From IMG/VR virus record IMGVR_UViG_3300025288_000019: a DNA stretch of 20,000 nucleotides. One strand, written 5' to 3'. The position numbers were made by a program, and so were the translations under genes. This DNA is from an uncultured virus (IMG/VR IMGVR_UViG_3300025288_000019) (Duplodnaviria; Heunggongvirae; Uroviricota; Caudoviricetes; Schitoviridae). This document shows positions 1 to 8,848 of the stretch, piece after piece. The notes below the pieces were generated by a model. The model did not search any database. It was not told the DNA's origin and worked only from the letters and a program-made list of their open reading frames with translations. Within the stretch, counting starts at the first letter, position 1, and each line of letters starts with the position of its first letter.

Positions 1-1
1 T

Positions 2-3000
2 AAACTTACTGATAGAAAAGGCAATATATTTACAATTATAAATAATATTAAAGAATTCTTTTCTATTAAGAAAAATAAATCACTATTTCAAAAAACTACT
101 AATGTAGTGCAATTACTTAACATGCACTTACGTAACAACACATTAGATAGTTTAACTACAGTTTTTAATAAAAATAATCCTGTAACTGTACCTGCACAAA
201 AAGCAGTAGATTCAATGATTAGTTTTTACCAATCATTTGACGCAGCTAATCGTGCTATTTTCAAAGAATTCAAACTAACACAATTTGTTTTTCGTAAAAA
301 AGATCCTATACAGTTCTTTTCAAAAAACGGAGTATTAGATGAACATATTAAACAAGCTATTGCTTTGCACTTATGGCATTGGTTAGCTACTAAAGGAGCT
401 GACACACTATTTAATGATGAAAAAGGTGTATGCAAATTATTAGGGTTACCAGAAGAAACTGTACTACCTCCATCTGCTGAAGCACTTGCAGAGGTAGGGG
501 TATCTTCTAATATCCTTGTTGACACTATTGGACATGAAGTGCTTAAAACCCTTGGATTTGCTGTTAATAAACATGCGCTAACCAGTGAGCAGGAAAGGCT
601 GTCTATGTCAGTTGGTTTAATGGCTATTGCTACACTTGAAAAGATGGGCATTCTTACTAGGCATAATGTACCTGTTGGTTTAATTAACGCTATAAAACAA
701 GATATTAGCGATCTAAATGAAAAAGGTATTATCACCAGCCATGAAGTTATTCCAGGGCACACAGCAGCTTATTTTAGGTTAACTCCTGCACTAGATACTA
801 AGACTAATATTGAAACTATTCCCCAGTTTATTTTAGATATTCAGCATGCTCATAACCAGGCTAAAAATACCTTTGCATTTATTACTAGAGGAGAACCAGA
901 TAAAACTAACTATAGTTTTGTAAAACCCGCATTTAAAGAAAATTACAAAGCTCCTATTAAAAATAGTAAACAACTTGCTAGTAAAGTACAAACTGCTAAT
1001 TTAATTAAAAATGACAGCCGCTCTTGGGTTGCTAACAGTTCAATGTTTAATATATTTATGCTAATGAGTCCTAAGCATAAACAGCTATTACAATATGCTG
1101 ACCCTACACAAAGTCATATAACTAAAAAACGCTCTGCTGAAAGTGTTAATCGCAGCCATGACAAGGCTATTAGTGACTCTTTAGCGTTATTAGAAGAAGC
1201 TAAAAATAATGGAAGTTATAGTACACCATTTTATATTTTGTCTGAGCTTGCAAAACAGACACGTATGCATCAAGTAAGCAGTGTTAATCCCCAAGGTAAC
1301 AAAATTCAAAGATGGCTATTTTCTATGACTGATTGGGCAACAGAATTCAGCCCTATTACTAATAAGAAACAAGATGACAATTTCCATTTAGCAGTTGGTT
1401 TAAGTCTTGGATTAGAAGTAGCAAAAATAGGTAGTGCAGAAGATGTAATAAAAGCCACTAAAGAAGAAGTTACTAAACCAGCAGTTAGAAACGCTATTAC
1501 TGCTTTAAAGAACATATTCAGTAAAGAAACGCTAGATACTATTAACCCCAAGCTAACCTTATCCTTACAAGAAAAATACAATAAAGAAATAGACACTATT
1601 CTTAATGGGGTAAACGCGTATACTGGTGTATTACATACACTTAAAGGTTTAGTTGAATATGCCAGATACGAACTAGCTATTCAAAATAAAACTAAGTTAA
1701 CTTCAGATATTGCATTTGAAATAGATGGGCGTACTAATGGCGGAACTATTGGTAGATACCAATTACTTTCTAACCAGGATAAAGAAATTAACGGATTAGC
1801 TCATGTTGCAGCATTGCAAAGTGCAGGTATACAATTTAGTGATGCTGAAGATGATTCTTATGTTTATTCTTCATCTGCAAAAGCAGAAAATATACATCAT
1901 CATGACTCCTATCAAACTTTAGGCATGAAATGGACTAAATTTTTAACCAAAATAGAAAATAGCCTAATTGCTGGTACGCATCATGATTCAATAGTTATGT
2001 ATGACAAAATACAAGCTATGCGTAAATTACTAGGTGACTTTAAAGTTGAAGGAGGCATTGTAAACAAGGCAATGCGCCAACTCTCTAAAAAACCTAATAT
2101 GCTAACTATGTACGGCATTGGTAATGAAAAGCTTATTAGTAATTTAATTCTTAAAACATTTATCAGCCATGACACAGAAAGTAACAATGCTATTTATAGC
2201 AGATTAGAGCTAGCTGTAGCTGCTAATAACGCAACAGATTATAATACTCTCATAGCTTTAACTAAAACACTTGGTTTAACCGAGTTTAGCAATAAACTAT
2301 CTAGTTATATTACTAAAGACGGCAAAATTAACTCCAAAGCTCTCAGTGTAACACTTACACCTAAAGAAGTAGCTTCACTGTATAAAGACATCAATATGAC
2401 GTTAGGAGTAGCTTTAAAGCAAGCTATTAAAGAAATATTCGGTGAATTTAAAGATACTAAAGATTCTATCAATCATGCTGCTGGACTAATGACTGCCTAT
2501 TACAATGTTATCTTAAAACAGCGTGTAAAACAGGTACTTAAAGAAACTAAGTCTACTGAGCTAACTGTTGAAGCATATAATAATATTATCCAAGAGTTAA
2601 ACCCATTATTTCCTGCAGTGCAAAGTCCATTTGCTACTTCTAATATTGAATTAGCAGCATGGGATAATTTACGTGACTATTCAGATAATGAAAAAACTAA
2701 AGTTACTCAGGTATACACTAAAGGTACACTAGCAAACTTAGCTGCTTATATAAAAAAATTACCTACACTAAAAAATCCAGGGGCAAGCCCGTGTGTCTTA
2801 ACTATACAAATGCTTGACGGCACAGTTGCTAACCGTAATTTAGGTGAAGACTACGCATTACTAAATGTGCATGACGCTGCAATTATGGGGTTTAACGACA
2901 TACAATCTGTTGCAACGATACAAAATAAGAACTTTATTGAAACTATGGATCAGTATTCAATAATGGGAAGTATAAAGCAATCTTTAGAAGAAAAATTAGC

Positions 3001-6000
3001 TTTGTCTAAGGAATATTTCGCTAAAATGGGTTTATCTACTAATAAATCAAATGATTTATTAGATGCAGAATTTAAAGCAATGGCATTTAAGCCAAACTTT
3101 AAGGATGACCCAAACAAATTACTATTTATTAACGCTGCAAGTATCCGTAAAAAAATTATAGAAAATGTATCTTTATTAGCTGAAGAAACTATAGATAATA
3201 AAACTGAAATAGTGAACGGGTCACTAAATGTAAATCAGTTTTATTTTCCTGGTTATGGGTATAAAAAAGAAAATACTGCACCTTTATCTCACGTATTAGG
3301 AGTTGCCACCAAAGATATTAACTCAACCATTGTAGAAGCTGTAAAAAATGAAGCTAACTCAATAGACACACTAGCTAAACTACTGTTAATAAATAAAACT
3401 AAAGTAGTAGATAAAGTTTCTGCAGCAAAGCCAGGGCAGCTATTAAATGAGGTTGGCTCAAAAATATCAATCTATTGGAATATCCCAGGTAATACCTTAC
3501 CAAGCGTCGCTACTATAACTCATATAAGCAGTGACAATCGAGTTATTACAGTTAAAAATGATAGTAGTGACAAAGTATACCAGTTTACTTTCAACAGCAA
3601 TAACTATGCTAATCCTATCTATCTTAATAGTAAGCACACTTCTGCTAAAGTAACTGGGTTATTCGTAAAAGACGCAAACGCACTAGGTAGTAGTGTTAAT
3701 AGCAATATCTCAGTTGACCCTAACGATTACTCTATTCAACAAGAGATTAACCAGCAAAATGTAGTTGACACGTATAACCAACTAAAAAATTTAAGTAATG
3801 TGCCTATGGATGCTCAGCATGATATGTATATCCAGTCTATGCTCACTGATGTAGCCAGCACCGTAATGCCTTCTGTTGATTTATTCATAAAAACAGATGA
3901 AACAGTAGACACACAAGGTGTATTTGCTCCTGGTTCAGCTACTATTAAAAATAAGATATTTTTATCTCACCAGACGATCACATCTGGAACACGAAATATG
4001 GGGTTAAAGATGTCTATGGGGGAAGCATTTGCACATGAAGTAATTCACCCAATTATCTATACTGGTTTACGCCTTGACGCTGTACTACGGTCACAAGTAC
4101 GCGAGTTATATAACTATGTTAAAGCAGAACTGCATACTAATCCTAATGCTTTTGTTTATTTTTTAAACGATCCTACTATCAATTTAGCAGACTCAGCTTA
4201 TACTTTTGAAATTGCTGAAGCAAAAGAACGGTATAACTATGTTTTTGGAGATAAAATTCGAGTTAACTCACAAGTAAAACAAAACCAAGTTACAGGTAAG
4301 TGGGCTGTTAGAAATGACTCTACAGAACTAGATGAGTTTATGGCGTTTGCTTTATCAAATGCTAATTTTAACCGTTTTGTAACGGGGCTTAAACTAGATA
4401 GTTCTAGTCACCCTGTATTTAGTAGAAATACTTGGAAGGGAGTTATTGGAAAAAATATTCAAGAAACTTTACTAAATATTTATAGTAAAATCACGGAGTT
4501 AATCCAGTCTAACTATAAACACGCAACAACTGATAACGTAGCACATGAATTGCGCAGGTTAGCTAAAGAATTAGCTAGAGTTGACTCTGAGAATAAATCT
4601 ACAATTTACTCATTTATTAAGAAAAAAGAATTTTTAGAAACTAAACTAGCTACTGCTATTAACAGCAAGCTTAAAAATACTATTGCTAGTTGGAATATAT
4701 CTAAAGGTGCCAAATTTTTAGCAGATATGTATAAAAATGAGTATCGCAAAGATACACATTTAGGGCTTTATTTACGTGAAGTAGCGTATAAATGGCATAA
4801 CTCAGACTATGGGGTAGCTGCGTCTATATTAACTTCATTGCGTGGCCCTAACAGATTATTGGCTAATTTACACACAGCGTTAAATAACAGAAAATATCTT
4901 CTTGATGGTGCCCGTAACTTAGAAATTGAAAAGTTTTCAAATGCTGTTGCTGATTATTTCGGTAGAAAACTAACTAAACCAGAAGATATAGCTTGTACGC
5001 ACGTACTGCTAAAAGCTGACTTAGCTGCATTGGCATCTGCATTATCTGTTAATGAAATTGCTGATATTGTGCAAAGTAAGACTAAGTTAGATCGAGCAAT
5101 TTCTGCTATAGTAGGTGAAATTAAAAATAACCCAGCATTATCAAAACATTTAAACTACTATATTAAAAATGCTGAATCACTAAGTCATTTAATCGTACAT
5201 GGGAAAGCACTAAATAAAACCACACTCTCCTACATTAGACCTATCGCTACAATGCGTAATACGAAGTTTAAGGGTACTCTAACTGAAGTACAGATAAACC
5301 AAGCAGAATCAATTTTAGACCGCTTAACGTCGCTGTATACTTTGCAAAGAACTGCTGAAATACACAAAACTACTGTAGCAGCTTTGTTTACTGAAAACAC
5401 CGAGGGTATGGCCAAACTTCTTGAAACACACAAGCAGTTAAAAGAAGAAGCATTACTTAGGCTATTCAATGGTAATAAAAATAAATTTCAAAAAGGGTAT
5501 ATTCACCAGATATTTAATACTGGGATCAGACATGAGACAGGATTAGCTGAAGAAGAAGCAGCTTTTAAGTTTAGAGGATTTGACAAAAGTAGCCTGCCTA
5601 TTGCTAAAGACCCTGCACACTTAAACGAACCAGACCAATATTTATACGTTAATCGTAATGGTAGAGCTAACTCATTGGTATCTGCACTTATATCTTATAC
5701 GGGCAATACTGCTAAAGGTAGCAAAGCATTTACTAACCCAATAAAAATGAGCGAGCTGGTTCATCAACGTAAAGCTGCATTTGACGATTACAGCTCAAAT
5801 AAAGCTTTAGGGCCTAATGATAACTACTTGATACCTTCAGTTAATGATGACGGAGATGTTGTATCATATCGCTACCAAATGGCTCAGACAACCAAAGATA
5901 ATGTGCTAGAACAAACACATGACATGACTGCTGTTATTGGAGCTATGGCAGGTGAAATTATTGATAAAATTCAAACTAATATTCATAATGAAAAAGCTAT

Positions 6001-7276
6001 TCAAGCTGTGAAAGATATTTATAATACTGATTACAAACTAAACCCTGGCATGTACGTATTGATAAGTGATAATGCCCCTGAGCAGCGTTATCGAGATATT
6101 TATGCTATGATCCCTGATCAAGCTAGAAAGGATATGAAGCGTATTTGGGGTGCTAAACATATGTATGTTAGAAAAGACTGTGTGGATTTATTATTTGGGT
6201 ATTACCAATACAGTATGACAAATGCCTTTGATAAAACAGCCCAAGACAGAACATTTTTTGAAAAAGCACTAGTTAATACATTTTACTTTATCTTTAAAGA
6301 CAAGGCAGTTGCACAAGTTAAAAATTTTGAAGATATGCTTATATGGTTAACTAAAACTGCTAAAAATACAGTTATAGTTAAAGGTATCGAAGTTACACTT
6401 GGAAACGCTATTAGCAACCAGGTATACTTAAAAATGCGAGGTGTCCCAAATTCATTTATATTCACTCATTCTAAAGCAGCTATTATAGATGGTGAAAAAT
6501 ACCAACGAGATAAGCGTGAATTAGATAATTTAGTATTAAAGCTTAAAGTTGTAACTGGCTCGGTAGTAACTGGGCAAATACCTACTGCTACAAATCAAGT
6601 AACAATAACCAACTTAAAAAGCAGAATAAGAGAATTAGAGACTGATATTACAAATAATCCTACTACAGTATTTATTGAATCTGGGGGTATGCCAGGATTA
6701 GTTGATGATTTAAATATTGACAGCAAAAAGACTCTATATCCTGGCTTAATTGATACAGCAATCAATAAACAGGTTAAAAAATTACCTTCTACTCTACAAA
6801 CTGTAGGCAATGTGTTATTGATGACTGAGGATACTCAAGGATACAAACTTGCTAACAATATGGTTAAAATGACAGATTTTGTGGCAAGGTATATTTTATA
6901 CAAGTGGTATACTGATCCTGCTAGAGGATCAGAACAAAAAAGTAAAAAAGAAGCTGTTACAACAGTAATGGATGAATTTATTAACTTTAACATACCTAAT
7001 AATAGAAAAATTGACTATTTAAACCAGATCGGCTTATTATGGTATACGAAGTATGCTATTGGTATCTTACCTGTAGTGGCTAAAGCAATTAAAGACAAAC
7101 CTTTTGAAGCGTTGAGTACGTTTGCACTGGCAAACACATTTGGTATACCAAGCGTAGTAAAATCTGTTCCTACTAATTTAAGAGGATTGACTAAAGTAAT
7201 AGGTAATCCTTTTACTGAATTTGGGCAAAGTTTTGATGAAGGATTCGTTACTTCGTTAATTAGTGGTGCTTTGTAA
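2..7276 (+). CDS. N4-like virion-encapsidated RNA polymerase (vRNAP, N4 gp50-like), 5'-truncated by the window edge
   Basis: The frame is open from nt 2 (KLTDRKGNIF...) into the 107..7276 ORF, so the true start lies upstream. T7-superfamily motifs occur in N4 context: KQTRMHQVSSVNPQGNK (T/DxxGR region, ~1253-1302), motif A EIDGRTNG (Asp 1724-1726), motif B RQLSKKPNMLTMYG = Rx3Kx7YG (2075-2116), motif C NVHDA (Asp 2873-2875). Downstream are AHEVIH (4031-4048) and DEFMAFALSN (from 4331), as in the N4 vRNAP C-terminal region. More than 2400 codons. Confidence 0.93.
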   Translation, partial: KLTDRKGNIFTIINNIKEFFSIKKNKSLFQKTTNVVQLLNMHLRNNTLDSLTTVFNKNNPVTVPAQKAVDSMISFYQSFDAANRAIFKEFKLTQFVFRKKDPIQFFSKNGVLDEHIKQAIALHLWHWLATKGADTLFNDEKGVCKLLGLPEETVLPPSAEALAEVGVSSNILVDTIGHEVLKTLGFAVNKHALTSEQERLSMSVGLMAIATLEKMGILTRHNVPVGLINAIKQDISDLNEKGIITSHEVIPGHTAAYFRLTPALDTKTNIETIPQFILDIQHAHNQAKNTFAFITRGEPDKTNYSFVKPAFKENYKAPIKNSKQLASKVQTANLIKNDSRSWVANSSMFNIFMLMSPKHKQLLQYADPTQSHITKKRSAESVNRSHDKAISDSLALLEEAKNNGSYSTPFYILSELAKQTRMHQVSSVNPQGNKIQRWLFSMTDWATEFSPITNKKQDDNFHLAVGLSLGLEVAKIGSAEDVIKATKEEVTKPAVRNAITALKNIFSKETLDTINPKLTLSLQEKYNKEIDTILNGVNAYTGVLHTLKGLVEYARYELAIQNKTKLTSDIAFEIDGRTNGGTIGRYQLLSNQDKEINGLAHVAALQSAGIQFSDAEDDSYVYSSSAKAENIHHHDSYQTLGMKWTKFLTKIENSLIAGTHHDSIVMYDKIQAMRKLLGDFKVEGGIVNKAMRQLSKKPNMLTMYGIGNEKLISNLILKTFISHDTESNNAIYSRLELAVAANNATDYNTLIALTKTLGLTEFSNKLSSYITKDGKINSKALSVTLTPKEVASLYKDINMTLGVALKQAIKEIFGEFKDTKDSINHAAGLMTAYYNVILKQRVKQVLKETKSTELTVEAYNNIIQELNPLFPAVQSPFATSNIELAAWDNLRDYSDNEKTKVTQVYTKGTLANLAAYIKKLPTLKNPGASPCVLTIQMLDGTVANRNLGEDYALLNVHDAAIMGFNDIQSVATIQNKNFIETMDQYSIMGSIKQSLEEKLALSKEYFAKMGLSTNKSNDLLDAEFKAMAFKPNFKDDPNKLLFINAASIRKKIIENVSLLAEETIDNKTEIVNGSLNVNQFYFPGYGYKKENTAPLSHVLGVATKDINSTIVEAVKNEANSIDTLAKLLLINKTKVVDKVSAAKPGQLLNEVGSKISIYWNIPGNTLPSVATITHISSDNRVITVKNDSSDKVYQFTFNSNNYANPIYLNSKHTSAKVTGLFVKDANALGSSVNSNISVDPNDYSIQQEINQQNVVDTYNQLKNLSNVPMDAQHDMYIQSMLTDVASTVMPSVDLFIKTDETVDTQGVFAPGSATIKNKIFLSHQTITSGTRNMGLKMSMGEAFAHEVIHPIIYTGLRLDAVLRSQVRELYNYVKAELHTNPNAFVYFLNDPTINLADSAYTFEIAEAKERYNYVFGDKIRVNSQVKQNQVTGKWAVRNDSTELDEFMAFALSNANFNRFVTGLKLDSSSHPVFSRNTWKGVIGKNIQETLLNIYSKITELIQSNYKHATTDNVAHELRRLAKELARVDSENKSTIYSFIKKKEFLETKLATAINSKLKNTIASWNISKGAKFLADMYKNEYRKDTHLGLYLREVAYKWHNSDYGVAASILTSLRGPNRLLANLHTALNNRKYLLDGARNLEIEKFSNAVADYFGRKLTKPEDIACTHVLLKADLAALASALSVNEIADIVQSKTKLDRAISAIVGEIKNNPALSKHLNYYIKNAESLSHLIVHGKALNKTTLSYIRPIATMRNTKFKGTLTEVQINQAESILDRLTSLYTLQRTAEIHKTTVAALFTENTEGMAKLLETHKQLKEEALLRLFNGNKNKFQKGYIHQIFNTGIRHETGLAEEEAAFKFRGFDKSSLPIAKDPAHLNEPDQYLYVNRNGRANSLVSALISYTGNTAKGSKAFTNPIKMSELVHQRKAAFDDYSSNKALGPNDNYLIPSVNDDGDVVSYRYQMAQTTKDNVLEQTHDMTAVIGAMAGEIIDKIQTNIHNEKAIQAVKDIYNTDYKLNPGMYVLISDNAPEQRYRDIYAMIPDQARKDMKRIWGAKHMYVRKDCVDLLFGYYQYSMTNAFDKTAQDRTFFEKALVNTFYFIFKDKAVAQVKNFEDMLIWLTKTAKNTVIVKGIEVTLGNAISNQVYLKMRGVPNSFIFTHSKAAIIDGEKYQRDKRELDNLVLKLKVVTGSVVTGQIPTATNQVTITNLKSRIRELETDITNNPTTVFIESGGMPGLVDDLNIDSKKTLYPGLIDTAINKQVKKLPSTLQTVGNVLLMTEDTQGYKLANNMVKMTDFVARYILYKWYTDPARGSEQKSKKEAVTTVMDEFINFNIPNNRKIDYLNQIGLLWYTKYAIGILPVVAKAIKDKPFEALSTFALANTFGIPSVVKSVPTNLRGLTKVIGNPFTEFGQSFDEGFVTSLISGAL

Positions 7277-7320
7277 TTTACATTTTCATATAAAATTAGT
7301 ATGACTAACTAAACCAATTC

Positions 7321-7326
7321 AAGGAG
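7321..7326 (+). promoter_or_regulatory. Shine-Dalgarno site (AAGGAG) of the 7335 gene
   Basis: AAGGAG lies 8 nt upstream of the ATG at 7335. Confidence 0.75.
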
Positions 7327-7334
7327 TATAAACT

Positions 7335-7694
7335 ATGAGGCCAGCCACAGTTAATTTAAAACCTCACACTAGAGGCGACACATGGGAAGGCATTCCTATT
7401 AGTTCAGTTACGATTAACGGTGTACCTCCCATTGCACCTATTGTATCTGCAAGGTTACAATTTAGATATGCAGACACATTAGAGTTAGCTTACGAGTTAA
7501 ATTCAGTTCCAGCAGTAGATAAAGGTACAATTACTATTATTGACCCTAACATCTGGAATATCAGTATTGATGCTCAAATTCTTAACATGCCCGCAGGAGA
7601 CTATGTGTGGGATTTTGAAACAACTGACTCAGACGCAGTTGTGCGCACCTTATACACGGGTAAATTTCAGCATGTGCAAGATATAACACTGTAA
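7335..7694 (+). CDS. BppU/LtfC-like tail (baseplate or fibre adaptor) beta-sandwich protein
   Basis: Strong RBS. N-terminal RGDTW and C-terminal GDYVWDFET...TLYTGKFQHVQDIT match my recollection of small phage BppU-like adaptor domains. First gene of the tail block. Confidence 0.6.
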   Translation: MRPATVNLKPHTRGDTWEGIPISSVTINGVPPIAPIVSARLQFRYADTLELAYELNSVPAVDKGTITIIDPNIWNISIDAQILNMPAGDYVWDFETTDSDAVVRTLYTGKFQHVQDITL

Positions 7695-7695
7695 A

Positions 7696-8109
7696 ATGAG
7701 TGACGAACGCGTTATAGCCAATATTACCTTACCTACTGTTAATATTGTTACAAATATTACTGAGATTGCTAATCATGTTAGTTCCGATGTTGTAGTAGGC
7801 CCAACTGTTCAGATGGATATTTCTATATCAGAAGTATCCATGCGTAGTGATTTTGTGACGGCATCTCACACAGTTAAAGCTAATTTTACTAATGGTGTCC
7901 CAGGTAAAAAAGGAGACCAAGGTGTGCCTGGAGGTACTAATCCAGCCTATTTTAGGCAGCATGTATCTTTAGAAGCTGCAATGGCTTATTTTGCTCAATA
8001 CCCAGAACAATACACAGAAAATATTATATTTATTGTAAACCCTGATCTAATTTATACTCAGCTAAGTGAAGATCAAGTTATGACCGACGACACACGACTT
8101 GGAGAGTAG
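7696..8109 (+). CDS. putative tail-associated protein with a short collagen-like segment
   Basis: Starts 1 nt after the upstream stop. GVPGKKGDQGVPG G-X-Y triplets follow a Val/Ile-rich beta region. Confidence 0.6.
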   Translation: MSDERVIANITLPTVNIVTNITEIANHVSSDVVVGPTVQMDISISEVSMRSDFVTASHTVKANFTNGVPGKKGDQGVPGGTNPAYFRQHVSLEAAMAYFAQYPEQYTENIIFIVNPDLIYTQLSEDQVMTDDTRLGE

Positions 8110-8112
8110 CAT

Positions 8113-8841
8113 ATGAAAAAAGTTATTTTTATTATTGCTCTGTTTAACCTGGCACACCCAGCTAATGCTGCACAAACAAACGTAACAGCGAATACCCTAT
8201 GGGGAATTAATAGAAGTCAAATTAACAGTAATTTTACCGAGCTGTATTTTCTGTCTCCTGAGTGTATAGCTAACCAGCATAGAGTTCGAGGTAACTCTGC
8301 CTGGGTTTGCGTTGATTTAAACTATGAACCAGCTAAAGCAATTAGTGACCACTATGTAACTTCTGCTGATTTAACCACGTTAGCTAATACATCTGGTGTT
8401 AATACAGGAGACCAGGCTATTGATTGGAACGCAACAGAAGGGTTGGCCTATATAGCGAATAAGCCTGCTCTTCTTACTTTAGGTACTATTGCTGGTACTG
8501 CATTGGACGCTTCAGATGTTAGGCTTCATTACCCTGGTTCAGATAACCAAACTAATATATCTGGATCAGCCGGTAGTCTAAATAGCGCTTATATTGATTG
8601 GAACGCAACAACTGGTGGTGCTGTCGTGCAGAATAAACCTACGCTAGGCACAGCTTCCACACAAGATGTAGAGTATTTTGCTACAGCAGCGCAAGGAGCA
8701 AAGGCGGATGCTTCCTATCCAGTAGGTGTTCCTACTACTCCTACTACTGCTTGCACAGCAAACTCTTGGTCATATGACTTAAGTTATTTATACATATGTG
8801 TAGCTACAGATACATGGTTAAGAACACCTTTAGCTTGGTAA
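8113..8841 (+). CDS. tail-fibre-like protein with a predicted N-terminal signal peptide
   Basis: GGAGAG RBS. MKKVIFIIALFNLAHPANA looks like a Sec signal peptide. INSNFTELY resembles the T4 gp9/gp10-like N-terminal motif. Two IDWNAT-x5/6-NKP repeats, NTGDQ, and a C-terminal D-x-x-YLYICVATDTWLR motif common in phage fibres. Confidence 0.7.
   Translation: MKKVIFIIALFNLAHPANAAQTNVTANTLWGINRSQINSNFTELYFLSPECIANQHRVRGNSAWVCVDLNYEPAKAISDHYVTSADLTTLANTSGVNTGDQAIDWNATEGLAYIANKPALLTLGTIAGTALDASDVRLHYPGSDNQTNISGSAGSLNSAYIDWNATTGGAVVQNKPTLGTASTQDVEYFATAAQGAKADASYPVGVPTTPTTACTANSWSYDLSYLYICVATDTWLRTPLAW
8418..8610 (+). repeat. 19-bp exact direct repeat TATTGATTGGAACGCAACA (8418-8436 and 8592-8610) encoding IDWNAT
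   Basis: Both copies read directly from the sequence, and each is followed by an NKP-coding segment. Confidence 0.85.
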
Positions 8842-8848
8842 TAGATAA

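Noticed and set aside
107..109. GTG at 107 as the vRNAP start
   Set aside because: The frame is open from nt 2, there is no RBS, and N4-like vRNAPs are about 3500 aa, so the start is upstream of the window.
226..6810. Minus-strand ORFs within the vRNAP gene (226-762, 1306-1596, 1981-2187, 5230-5469, 6283-6465, 6595-6810)
   Set aside because: Antisense shadows of a long coding frame, with no motifs.
7268..7310. Sigma70-like late promoter between vRNAP and the tail block
   Set aside because: TTTACA, TAAAAT and TAGTAT-like hexamers are present, but none gives a good -35/-10 pair at 16-18 nt spacing, and such hexamers are expected by chance in AT-rich DNA.
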